Shown one piece after another: positions 1-8,574 of a stretch of 58,136 nt of DNA (position 1 is the first letter of the stretch; the number at the start of each line of letters is the position of its first letter). A program made the position numbers and the translations under genes. Source of the stretch: an uncultured Syntrophobacterales bacterium. Its GTDB lineage: Bacteria; Desulfobacterota; BSN033; WVXP01; G020346125. Location of the stretch: contig CAYFXL010000002.1 in the NCBI GenBank assembly GCA_964346945.1, positions 1 to 58,136 of the forward strand. Direction: 5' to 3'. Below the pieces are notes generated by a model. That model searched no databases. It was given only the letters and a program-made list of their open reading frames with translations, and was not told where the DNA came from.

Positions 1-182
1 AAGCTCCAGTTTGAATAGGAACCGGTTGTTGGCCGGGTTCCCCGGAGCGAAGATGAAAGAATTTTAGCTGACCATTCTTAGTGAAGCGAACCTTAAAGTG
101 GTCAAAAATTCTTTCCGGTGGGCGATAGGGAATGTGACTAAAACAGCTCGAAGGACTGAAATGAAGGGACAACGGCTTTTTC

Positions 183-236
183 CAGAAACCCAATAAACCG
201 AATAAACCCAGTAGACCAAACAAACCAGATAAACAT
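183..236 (+). repeat. Six tandem degenerate 9-nt A/C-rich units (cagaaaccc aataaaccg aataaaccc agtagacca aacaaacca gataaacat; consensus ARTAAACCN)
   Basis: Read directly. Lies in an ORF-free stretch (1-528). The in-frame reading (KPN KPN KPS RPN KPD) has a stop a few codons upstream and no start, so it is not coding as it stands. Confidence 0.5.
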
Positions 237-528
237 TCCTAACTCAACGATCTCAGCGATCCAAACCATCCAAGCCAAACAAGCGGGAGAACCCTATGAA
301 ACTCAGTAAACTTCGGGAACCGCCCCTTCCTGGGGCGAGCACTACATCCAGTACCAGACCTTCACAGAGAGGCCTTTCCCACGGTTATGTGATCTTCATG
401 AGTCCCCATAGAAGCCTTTTGGGATCTCGCTTATTCTGAGAAATGACGCAATCCGTGAAGGATGAAAGGTGATGCTAAAATCGCAAATAAATCCGTCCCC
501 TTGCAGTCCTGATTGATCTGCCTTAAGC

Positions 529-1392
529 TCAACGCGTCATTCCCTCTGTCACGGCTAGCTGCTTAGGTGGTTTTTTCCCCTCGACGTTCATGCTAATGAC
601 CGAATTGCCAATCTCATCTAAATTCCCGGTTGATGCGTTCATGTTCTCAATAATTGCCTCCGCAGCGGGATCATTTGACGTGTATTCAATCGGATAAGAT
701 GTTTCGTCGATTACCTTGACCTCCCGAAAACCGGCCTCTCTGATCGCACCTAAATACTCGTCTTTCAATATCGCCCCTGAAATGCATTCGATATAGCCCT
801 CGGTCGAATTTTTTATGAAATCGGGAAGCTCTTGCATCAAGACAATATCCGATACCATCAGCCTTCCACCGGGTTTGAGTACCCTAAAGGCCTCCTTAAA
901 AACCTTTTTCTTGTCCGGTGAGAGGTTGATGACACAGTTTGAGATGACGACGTCAACGGAATTATCGGCTGCTGGTATATTTTCGATCTCTCCAAGCCTG
1001 AATTCTACATTTGCATAATTGCCCTTTTTTGCATTTTCCCGTGCCTTATCGATCATCTCCGGCGTCATATCCACGCCGATGACCTTTCCCCCCTTCCCCA
1101 CCTTGGTCGCTGCAAGAAAACAATCCAAGCCAGCGCCCGAGCCAAGATCAAGAACTGCTTCGCCCTCCTTCAGCGAAGCAAGGGCGACGGGGTTACCACA
1201 GCCGAGACCTAAGTTTGACCCTTCAGGAACCGCATTGAGTTCTTTCTTGCTGTAACCCATCTTCTCGCTATTGTTTTGAGTCACATCAGGACTTCCACAA
1301 CAAGAACTCTGCGGTCCGCAGCAAGAGCTCTCCCTTTTGGCTATCTTAGCGTAGCCTTCCCGTACCAGCTTCTTTATTTCCCCGTTTTCCAT
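529..1392 (-). CDS. arsM: Arsenite S-adenosylmethionine methyltransferase (ArsM/AS3MT family)
   Basis: ORF 529..1500 trimmed to ATG 1392, with GGAGGGG 6 nt upstream. N-terminal cysteine pairs SSCCGPQSSCCG and SAM motif VLDLGSGAGLD are present. Conserved Cys occur in GLGCGNP, ISNCVINL and YIECISGA. Confidence 0.85.
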   Translation of the reverse strand: MENGEIKKLVREGYAKIAKRESSCCGPQSSCCGSPDVTQNNSEKMGYSKKELNAVPEGSNLGLGCGNPVALASLKEGEAVLDLGSGAGLDCFLAATKVGKGGKVIGVDMTPEMIDKARENAKKGNYANVEFRLGEIENIPAADNSVDVVISNCVINLSPDKKKVFKEAFRVLKPGGRLMVSDIVLMQELPDFIKNSTEGYIECISGAILKDEYLGAIREAGFREVKVIDETSYPIEYTSNDPAAEAIIENMNASTGNLDEIGNSVISMNVEGKKPPKQLAVTEGMTR

Positions 1393-1409
1393 TTTGATCC
1401 CCTCCAATT

Positions 1410-1697
1410 TTATATTGCCAGTATCTCTTTCATCAGTGGTCCAAGCCTTCCCTTGACCATGTCTGAAAGATCGTCCACTCTCATCAAGGAAATACAGCAT
1501 ACCTCACCGTCCTTTTCCCAGCTTATAACGGCAAACTTATCACCAGGGAGAATTCTTGCCGTATCTCTGATGCTTTTCGGGAGCACCATCTGTCCCCTCT
1601 CATCTATGCTGATGACCGAATCAACTTTGCAGGAGCATATACCGGCATCCATCGGCATGCAACGCGATTCATTTCCATATCCTTCTCCCATTTTCAT
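1410..1697 (-). CDS. AbrB/SpoVT-family DNA-binding protein, cysteine-rich (C-x7-C-x-C near the N-terminus, VCC near the C-terminus)
   Basis: Looped-hinge motif SIDERGQMVLPKSIRDTARILPGDKF. The stop lies 17 nt before the arsM start. The ORF-track start 1733 is TTG only about 14 nt from the predicted TSS, so ATG 1697 or 1691 is more plausible. Confidence 0.7.
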   Translation of the reverse strand: MKMGEGYGNESRCMPMDAGICSCKVDSVISIDERGQMVLPKSIRDTARILPGDKFAVISWEKDGEVCCISLMRVDDLSDMVKGRLGPLMKEILAI

Positions 1698-1753
1698 CAC
1701 CCTATTCTTTTTCAGAGGTATTGGATTAGTCAAATAAATCAGAATCTTCTGAA

Positions 1754-1782
1754 ATTATAACCATTCCGATACGGTTTGTCAA
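1754..1782 (-). promoter_or_regulatory. Consensus sigma70-type promoter for the abrB-like/arsM operon
   Basis: Minus strand reads TTGACA (1782-1777), a 17-nt spacer, then TATAAT (1759-1754). It sits in an AT-rich intergenic region directly upstream of ORF 1410..1733. Confidence 0.6.
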
Positions 1783-2067
1783 GTAGATTTTAATTGGAGT
1801 TTCCGGAGTCACGTGCTAAAATTTTTTTTCCATAAAATCAAATACTTATAAAAATATTTGCATTAAAACCCAGGCAATTCCAGAATTTTAGAGATTTCTT
1901 CCTTCATTGTGCTGAAAGCGCAGAATAATCTTAGGGATGATAGGGGATATGAGAAGTTACCACCGGTTGGAATGAGAGGTAATCGAACATTTCCCACAAG
2001 TAATAAAGATCCCAAGGCGGGGCACAAATAAGGAGGAACGGACCCGCGGAAGAAGAGAGGCTTCTTT

Positions 2068-2340
2068 TTACCTTCCCGTCAGATCTTCAACATCTTTCGT
2101 GCCCTCTTCCAGTTCTTTCCCTTGCTCTCCGTCATCTCTCAACAGGAGGGCCTGTAATTCTCCCACATGGGTCTTCTCTTCCTTGGCTATCTCAAGCAGA
2201 ACCTTCCTGATATTTTCGTTTTTGGTCATTGCTGCCATGTGCTCATAGAGCTTTATCGCATCCAATTCGGCAATGATTCCGGCTCTGAGTATTTCCTTAT
2301 CTCAATCCTCTTTTGTTGCTTTTCCAAGATTGACGGGCAT
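2068..2340 (-). pseudogene. Small ferritin-like/rubrerythrin-like four-helix protein interrupted by an in-frame TGA (2304-2302)
   Basis: ATG at 2340 gives MPVNLGKATKED-TGA-DKEILRAGIIAELDAIKLYEHMAAMTKNENIRKVLLEIAKEEKTHVGELQALL. The E..DAI..YE and EEK.H motifs are typical of di-iron ferritin-like proteins. The ORF-track start 2265 is a TTG without an SD and would delete the first metal-binding Glu. Confidence 0.5.
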
Positions 2341-2411
2341 TTGCGAGAGGGTATACTGTACCCCCTGCTAAGTAGATAGGGAGTAAACGTGAGTGGAAGA
2401 ACTTTGCTCGC

Positions 2412-2786
2412 TCATGTGACCACCAAGGGGAGATCTTTTATCACTCGAAAATAGACCACATATTTTACGAGATCGCCGGTTCCCGGGTACACCACCTCAT
2501 CTGCCCGCTTTCGAATCTCATCGAGCAGTGGCCCTTCCGTTTCCTCGCGCACTTTTTCAAGGTAGAGGCGAAATCCCTCAAAACCCGTCGCGTTGAATGC
2601 GTACACTGCATAAGGATTTTCCTGGAGGTTGGCATGCGTGAGCCGTTCGGTCATTCCGAATGCCAGTGTGTTGTCATCCATAACATGGGGTCGTGAGTAT
2701 ACGGCGATGTTTACCTCACCCTTTTTCCCGGCCGTGGCCAAAAATCCCTTTCCCTTTTTCGTTTCAAAGTATTCTTTCCAGTTCAT
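2412..2786 (-). CDS. Pyridoxamine 5'-phosphate oxidase-like (FMN-binding split-barrel) family protein
   Basis: 124-aa protein whose N-terminus (GKGFLATAGKKGEVNIAVYSRPHVMDDNTLAFG) fits the PNPOx-like small split-barrel pattern. Recognition is by eye only. Confidence 0.5.
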   Translation of the reverse strand: MNWKEYFETKKGKGFLATAGKKGEVNIAVYSRPHVMDDNTLAFGMTERLTHANLQENPYAVYAFNATGFEGFRLYLEKVREETEGPLLDEIRKRADEVVYPGTGDLVKYVVYFRVIKDLPLVVT

Positions 2787-2970
2787 CCTTCATCTCCTCC
2801 AAAACCCACAAAAATCACCGGGGACATGAAAAGAGTAATTTAAATAGCGAAAAAAGTAAAGAACGGTCTTTCAGAAATACGAGGGCCCTTTTTTCAACGC
2901 CCGAGAGCGCATCCAAAACGCTTCTGCTCGTCAGGAGCTATCCTCGCCCATCGAGCAGGGGTCAGAGGCA

Positions 2971-4137
2971 TCAATGATCCTCATGAAATCTTAGATAGTA
3001 TACTGGTATGATGCTTCCCATAAGCAACGAACCGACCAGCATGATTCCCAGTGGAAAGGAGCCTCCTTCTGCCATAATCCCAATTCCGGCAGGGATAGCT
3101 CCTGCTCCTAAGAGAAAGGCTACGGGGACAGTGAGGGAGACTGCAACGTTCCTGACTTGCGGAGGGCCAATTTTAGAGAGAGCAGCGAAACCTGGTGGGA
3201 AAAAGCAGCCTGCCAGAACGGGTTGCAGAAACAAAACGGGGATGATCCACCCCCCCCGGCCGACCCCTAAGAGCACGGTTGCCACTCCAGTGGCCAGAAA
3301 TACACCTCCCAAGGCCCGTCTCGGGCCCAGTCGATCAGTTGTCCATCCCGCCAGAAAAACAACACCCAACCCTGCGATCCGGGATAGACCGATAAGAGTG
3401 TTAGCCCACCCCCGCTCTAGTCCACGCTCGGCAACCAAGTACAGAGGAAGCATGGTATAAACTCCGATGGTTCCCCCAATCCCCATACTGAAAAGTGCCA
3501 TCATGATCCAGAAAGAAGGACATGTCAGGAGAACTCGGAGGGTTTGTGTACTGGGAATCTCCCCAGAAAATGCCCCACCCCTTCCGAAGCGTGCGAAGGT
3601 TCCACCGACAAAGAACGCAGCTCCCCCCAAAAGCGCCAGGACTTCCCGCCAGGAAAACCATACCATAAGTGCCTCCGCCAGTAGTGGGGCTGCGATAAAG
3701 CCTAGATTGGGAGCTAGTTCGTGGACCGCTAGCGCCTTCCCCCAGTCCCTTGAGTTCACGATTGCTGTGAGGGTGACGATGCCTGATGAGAGATAAAGGC
3801 CTGCTGATAATCCCAGCAGGATCAGTCCCAATCGGATCGACCAGAGGGTATGGCTGAGAGAAACAGCGATCAGTGACCCACCTACGGCCATGGAGGAAAG
3901 GATAATCGTCCTTCTGTGGGTGAAACGGGATGAATAGAACCCAGAACTCAAAAGCCCTAAACAATAGCCCAGGGAAATGAAGAGAAAAAAGGAACCTGCC
4001 TCGCTGTGACCGACATTAAGATCTCTCTCAATTGCAGGCATCAAAGGAGCAAGAGCCACCCTTGCAAGGAAATTGAGAAAGAAGATCGCGGTCAGATAGA
4101 GGAGGGATGGCAAATGAGACCGAAAAGGAGGCACCAC
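2971..4137 (-). CDS. MFS transporter (12 TM)
   Basis: 388 aa and uniformly hydrophobic, with a loop motif after TM2 (SSRFTHRRTIIL) and a second-half repeat (GWTTDRLGPRRAL). Confidence 0.75.
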   Translation of the reverse strand: MVPPFRSHLPSLLYLTAIFFLNFLARVALAPLMPAIERDLNVGHSEAGSFFLFISLGYCLGLLSSGFYSSRFTHRRTIILSSMAVGGSLIAVSLSHTLWSIRLGLILLGLSAGLYLSSGIVTLTAIVNSRDWGKALAVHELAPNLGFIAAPLLAEALMVWFSWREVLALLGGAAFFVGGTFARFGRGGAFSGEIPSTQTLRVLLTCPSFWIMMALFSMGIGGTIGVYTMLPLYLVAERGLERGWANTLIGLSRIAGLGVVFLAGWTTDRLGPRRALGGVFLATGVATVLLGVGRGGWIIPVLFLQPVLAGCFFPPGFAALSKIGPPQVRNVAVSLTVPVAFLLGAGAIPAGIGIMAEGGSFPLGIMLVGSLLMGSIIPVYYLRFHEDH

Positions 4138-4811
4138 CTTATCCTATTGTTTGGAACTATCTGTGTCTTTATAGGCCTTTACGTGTTTACTGAGAAGCAA
4201 TCAATCCTAACATTTTTCGTTTGTATACTCCAATCATGCGGAATATTACTCGACAAGGCATCTCAAAAAGGCAGGCTTCCACCGACAAAAAAGCCAGAAC
4301 ATCTACCCCCGTGATGAGACTGAGGTTCTTTTACTCCTTTTACCGATTGGAAAGCCTCTTCCCTATGATCAGCTCCTTCGCATTGCAGCGGGCAGGTTGC
4401 CGAGGATCTCACTCATACTATGATCCTGGGTAGCGCTGGCAATCTTTCAGGAGCAGAAGTACGAAGCCCAGACCAATAGTGAGGAAAATGGGGTTGGCAA
4501 AGGCCCTACCCTTCTCTTGCAACGATTAGTTCCCCTTGTTTTCTTGCTAGCCTCGTGAATCTCCCATCTCTCGCGACATATTTCAGGTCCAAGAGAGTCT
4601 ATCCCGTTGTCTTTGCCAAATATTTTCATATTAATAGCAAAAAATTGTCTAGATTTGATGGGAATTATCAGTTACGAATATACCTTTATGTAATAATTTC
4701 AATCAAATAGAAATATGAAAACCATTGGCATAGAATATGCTAATTATCAAGATAAATTCGCATCTGACCGAGCAGAAAACGTCATACACTCCAAACAATT
4801 GGAGGCGACAC

Positions 4812-5012
4812 ATGGTAAAACTTACGAAGAAAGAGCTTTTCGACGTTATCCAGAGGTTTACACCGGATCAGTCCGAAACAAGCGGGCGTGGAAGGGAACA
4901 TTTTGAAAAAGCGATGTTAAATTCTATTCATTTGAAGTGTTTTTCTAAAGAGGAAAAGGCGAAGAACATAAGAATTATGAAAGCGGTCTTGGACAAGGTC
5001 TTTCCTTGCTGA
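4812..5012 (+). CDS. Small hypothetical protein (66 aa) in an AT-rich islet
   Basis: ATG 4812 is preceded by GGAGG (4801-4805). No recognisable domain. Confidence 0.35.
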   Translation: MVKLTKKELFDVIQRFTPDQSETSGRGREHFEKAMLNSIHLKCFSKEEKAKNIRIMKAVLDKVFPC

Positions 5013-5280
5013 TACCCCCTATTTCTCTAGACGCTCCCCTTCAGCTTTCCCTACCGTTACCTCCCCTCCAATTATGGCGACAACCCGTTAACAATACCAC
5101 AAAATCTCTTTCGTTAGATCTCGATATTCTAAAGGGTTTTCAGACAGATATGGACTAAAATGAAGGAAATTTCTCAACGTTGGTGTTTCAAGGGAGAAGT
5201 TGCTATTCAAAGGAGATCACGTCCTCATCATTTCCAGTGGCAATGGATCATGGTGGGCACCCAAAAGGCCACTGTTGCTT

Positions 5281-6363
5281 TTACAACCATCTCTTTCTCT
5301 TGAAATACAATGCCATGAAACCCACGATAACGACCATAACCACCAAGATGCCAAAATAACCCCAGTGCCATTCAAGTTCAGGCATGTATTTGAAATTCAT
5401 CCCATAAATCCCGGCAATAAAGGTAAGGGGTATGAATATGGTCGCTATGATCGTTAACACTTTCATCACTTCATTCATTCTGTTGCTCACGCTTGAAAGA
5501 TAGATGTCAAGCATCCCGGAAACCATGTCCCGGTAAGTCTCTATCGTGTCGATGACCTGGATAGTGTGATCGTAAACGTCTCTCAGATATATTCCCGTAT
5601 GCTCCTTAATCAGGGGTGATTCCCCCCTTTCCAAACCATTGATAACTTCTCTGAGAGGCCACACTGACTTCCGGAGGAAAACCAGATTCGTTTTTAATTT
5701 GTGAATTACCTCTAAGGTCGCTGGTGTCGGATTTTTGACTAACTCCTCCTCCAGAGACTCTATTTCTTCTCCCAGTCTTTCCAAGATGACGAAATAGTTG
5801 TCAACGATCGCGTCGATCAAGGCGTATGCGAGATAATCGGCCCCTGCCTTTCTGATGCGACCCTTGGAATTCCTTATTCGCTCTCTGATTGGATTGAAAA
5901 TATCTCCTTCCATTTCTTGAAAAGAGATGACGTAATTGGAACCGAGAAGCAAACTTACCTGTTCACTCACTATCTCTTCTTCGCTTCCACCCTGATAGAG
6001 CATCTTTAAAACGATAAATATGTACTCCCCGAGATCCTCCGCTTTGGGACGTTGTCCTGTGTGCAGAATGTCCTCCAATACGAGAGGATGTATGCCAAAA
6101 TGGACGCCGATCTTTTCTATGGTCTGTACCTCTTGGAGTCCGTCTATGTTTACCCATGTTACCGTTGGTTTCTCTTTAAAGGGGAAACATTCTTCAACCT
6201 TCTTGGCTTCTTTTTCCTGGAGTTCCTTTTCGTCATAATCGATAATGGTGATCTTCACTTTTTCTGTCTTTCTCTCTCCGATATGCATAAGGGTTCCTGG
6301 TGGGAGCCCAACTTTTTCGTGGGGCCCGGCTTTTTTCACCATTTTCTTCCCAAACATAACCAT
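5281..6363 (-). CDS. corA: CorA-family Mg2+/Co2+ transporter
   Basis: C-terminal two TM helices carry the signature YGMNF (IAGIYGMNFKYMPEL). Length of 360 aa is typical. Confidence 0.9.
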   Translation of the reverse strand: MVMFGKKMVKKAGPHEKVGLPPGTLMHIGERKTEKVKITIIDYDEKELQEKEAKKVEECFPFKEKPTVTWVNIDGLQEVQTIEKIGVHFGIHPLVLEDILHTGQRPKAEDLGEYIFIVLKMLYQGGSEEEIVSEQVSLLLGSNYVISFQEMEGDIFNPIRERIRNSKGRIRKAGADYLAYALIDAIVDNYFVILERLGEEIESLEEELVKNPTPATLEVIHKLKTNLVFLRKSVWPLREVINGLERGESPLIKEHTGIYLRDVYDHTIQVIDTIETYRDMVSGMLDIYLSSVSNRMNEVMKVLTIIATIFIPLTFIAGIYGMNFKYMPELEWHWGYFGILVVMVVIVGFMALYFKRKRWL

Positions 6364-6594
6364 GACAAATCACCTCCCCAACTAATCGACAAAAACCGCT
6401 CCCATGTTTTCGCCACGTGCAATCACTTTTTGATGCTCATAACACTAATGACACGGGTAAAAGGAGTCCAATTCGGAATGAGAATCTTTATGTCCTCGGC
6501 CTGAACGGCGGTGTGTCGAAGATCGGCTACAGTTACGATCCACGTTGCATTTAGCACTCCCCAGGGATATTCCAATGAATTTGTAGGTATCTCT

Positions 6595-7690
6595 CTATCC
6601 CTTTGATTCGGTCATTGTGGACGCTGGTGTCACCGATTCCCGAATTTCAGCTCTCGCCTTTGGGAACCCATCGGGGTCATTCTTCTTGATAAACTTCAAG
6701 AGTTTTTCCCTGAGCTCACAGCGCAGATTCCAGGCAGTCGGAGCGTCCGCGGCGCTCATCAGCGCACGCAATTCCACCGTCCGTTCCGTGACATTGGTCA
6801 AATGGAGAACGTAAGCTTTGCCATCCCATAGGTCTGTGCTTTTCAAAACCCAGTGGAGTTCTTCTCGAATAGCTTGAACCGGCACCGTATCATCCACATA
6901 GATAAACACGGTCCACAATAAGTCGGCGGTTACCCGCGTCCAGTTTTGAAAGGGCTTTTCAATGAAGTAGGTTATCGGCAAAACCAAACGTCTCAAGTCC
7001 CAAATCTGGACAACAACTCAGGTGAACGTTATCTCCTCAATTCACCCCATTCATTCTCCACGATTACGACATCTTCAACGCGGATTGAGTAACGGCGATC
7101 TGGATGCCGGACAGTAAAGTGGCGATCGTGCGCTGAGCAGCCAGGCCGAAGACAATCCCGATAATTCCCGCAGAAGCCAAGATGCTTGTATTTAGTTGGC
7201 GAACTTTGTCGAAGGTCATAAGCATTACCGCTAACGCCAGTATGGTAACAACAACGATGACCATTTTCTTGAAGATTTGAAGTTGAGTTTTAATCTTCCT
7301 GGCTTGGAGGTTGTCCCTTACGGCAATTTTGCAGCGGCTGAGAATGAGGTCATCGAGGGCGAACGTGAGACGCACAACTAACCATGCCACGGGGGCAATA
7401 AGACATAGGCTGAGAAGGTGCTCCACGAAATCAATTACTGTAGGCGGTAACTTAAGCAGTGGAAGCACGAGACTGACCCCCAGGAGGATAATAATAAACC
7501 GCATGGACTGGCTACAGTGTTCGACTAAGGAGGAATCGAAAACGGTTTTCGTGCGTTTGCTCATTCGATTGATCGTATGAAAAATCGTATAATGTCCGAC
7601 TAAAGCGGTGACTATCATTCCTCCCAAAATCCCAAATGCTCGCGCCAGCGCTTCCCAGCTTTGTAAAAATTCTCTCATGATATTCTCCAA
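6595..7690 (-). pseudogene. MscS-family mechanosensitive channel, disrupted
   Basis: The TM part (ORF 7064..7690) ends at ...GIQIAVTQ. The beta-domain continues in a second frame (SIRVEDVVIVENEWGE, approx 7088-7041). It then continues in a third frame as IEEITFT-TGA(7020-7018)-VVVQIWDLRRLVLPITYFIEKPFQNWTR into ORF 6595..6996. That is two frame changes plus one in-frame stop within about 90 bp. Confidence 0.75.
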
Positions 7691-7958
7691 ATTATCAGCC
7701 TGGGGGATTCGGTGTCCATGGAAAGGTTAACATAAATGCTATTCTTAGAAACGATCCTCTCCTCCATCTAAAGTCCTCCCTTTAGAAGCGCAAGAAGACC
7801 CAAACTCGAGGTTCAATTCTGGAAAGGATATCCTGTGCGCCTCGAAGGTCAATCTCTGCCCAAGAGTATCACTCGTCGAGGACGGCCAAGCAAGGCATGA
7901 AAGACTGAGGGTCTGTCCTATTCCATCAGGTGAGAAGCGATCCAAGGCCTGTAAAAGA

Positions 7959-8225
7959 CTATTCCTTTTTCTCCTCTTTCTTGATATCTATTCCCACCTT
8001 TTGGAGGGCCTTGGCTGTCTCTTCGCGGACCTTGCTCATCTTTTCCGAGGTCTCTTTCTTCATCTTCTCCATTTTTGTCCCGAGATCTTTGATCTGGGCA
8101 TTGAGATCCGCCTGGCCGCCCGTGCGACTGAAGGCAACAATGGACAGGATGAGAGCAATGATTGAGATTATCAAGGCAAGCGTTGCCCTGAAACCTCCCC
8201 TAATAACTTTTGTCTCAGCACTCAT
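7959..8225 (-). CDS. Small membrane protein: one N-terminal TM helix plus a charged coiled-coil tail (paralog of 14464..14766)
   Basis: ATG 8225 with GGGGGGTAAG upstream; the ORF-track start 8240 is TTG. Shares IIALILSIVAFSRTGG with IIALLISILAYRRTGG of the other copy. Confidence 0.6.
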   Translation of the reverse strand: MSAETKVIRGGFRATLALIISIIALILSIVAFSRTGGQADLNAQIKDLGTKMEKMKKETSEKMSKVREETAKALQKVGIDIKKEEKKE

Positions 8226-8322
8226 ATTCTTACCCCCCAAAATGAAAAATAATGACTCATCTTCTGTAAAACGTCCTCAACTCAGCAAGAGGTGCCCTCT
8301 AGAACTGGGTCGTATGCCTTGT

Positions 8323-8514
8323 CTATCCTTTGTGCCTGGGTCTCCTCAACAACCAGCCCGCAATAACTCCCATAATAAAGGTGCCCAGGAGCAGGAGAGA
8401 TCTGGACATGGAAATTGTCCAGACAAGGAAGCGTGTCTCCACGACCTGGGTGTTCTGAATAACAAAGAGAAGAATAAGAGCTGCCAGAACCACAAAGATA
8501 ACGGTCTTACCCAT
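8323..8514 (-). CDS. LapA-domain (DUF1049-like) small inner-membrane protein
   Basis: Two TM helices with the typical FVIQNTQVVETRFLVW pattern. ATG 8514 lies 9 nt after AAAGGAG; the ORF-track GTG 8523 abuts the SD. Confidence 0.6.
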   Translation of the reverse strand: MGKTVIFVVLAALILLFVIQNTQVVETRFLVWTISMSRSLLLLGTFIMGVIAGWLLRRPRHKG

Positions 8515-8574
8515 GCGGTACACCTCCTTTCATTCGCCTGAAATTCAGGCTGATGCTTGCTCCGCTTGGAAGCC

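Noticed and set aside
316-330. ggaaccgccccttcc, a one-mismatch match to the GGAAC-N5-GTTCC dyad far from the activator.
   Set aside because: One-mismatch matches are expected about once or twice per window by chance. No -24/-12 element is nearby.
2302-2304. Selenocysteine reading of the in-frame TGA in the ferritin-like ORF.
   Set aside because: I could not fold a convincing SECIS-type hairpin in the 60 nt downstream. The position is in a non-catalytic N-terminal segment. It is kept only as an alternative to test.
6364-6594. Possible Mg2+-sensing (M-box-type) leader upstream of corA.
   Set aside because: I could not recognise any conserved riboswitch core by eye. A covariance-model search is needed before any claim.
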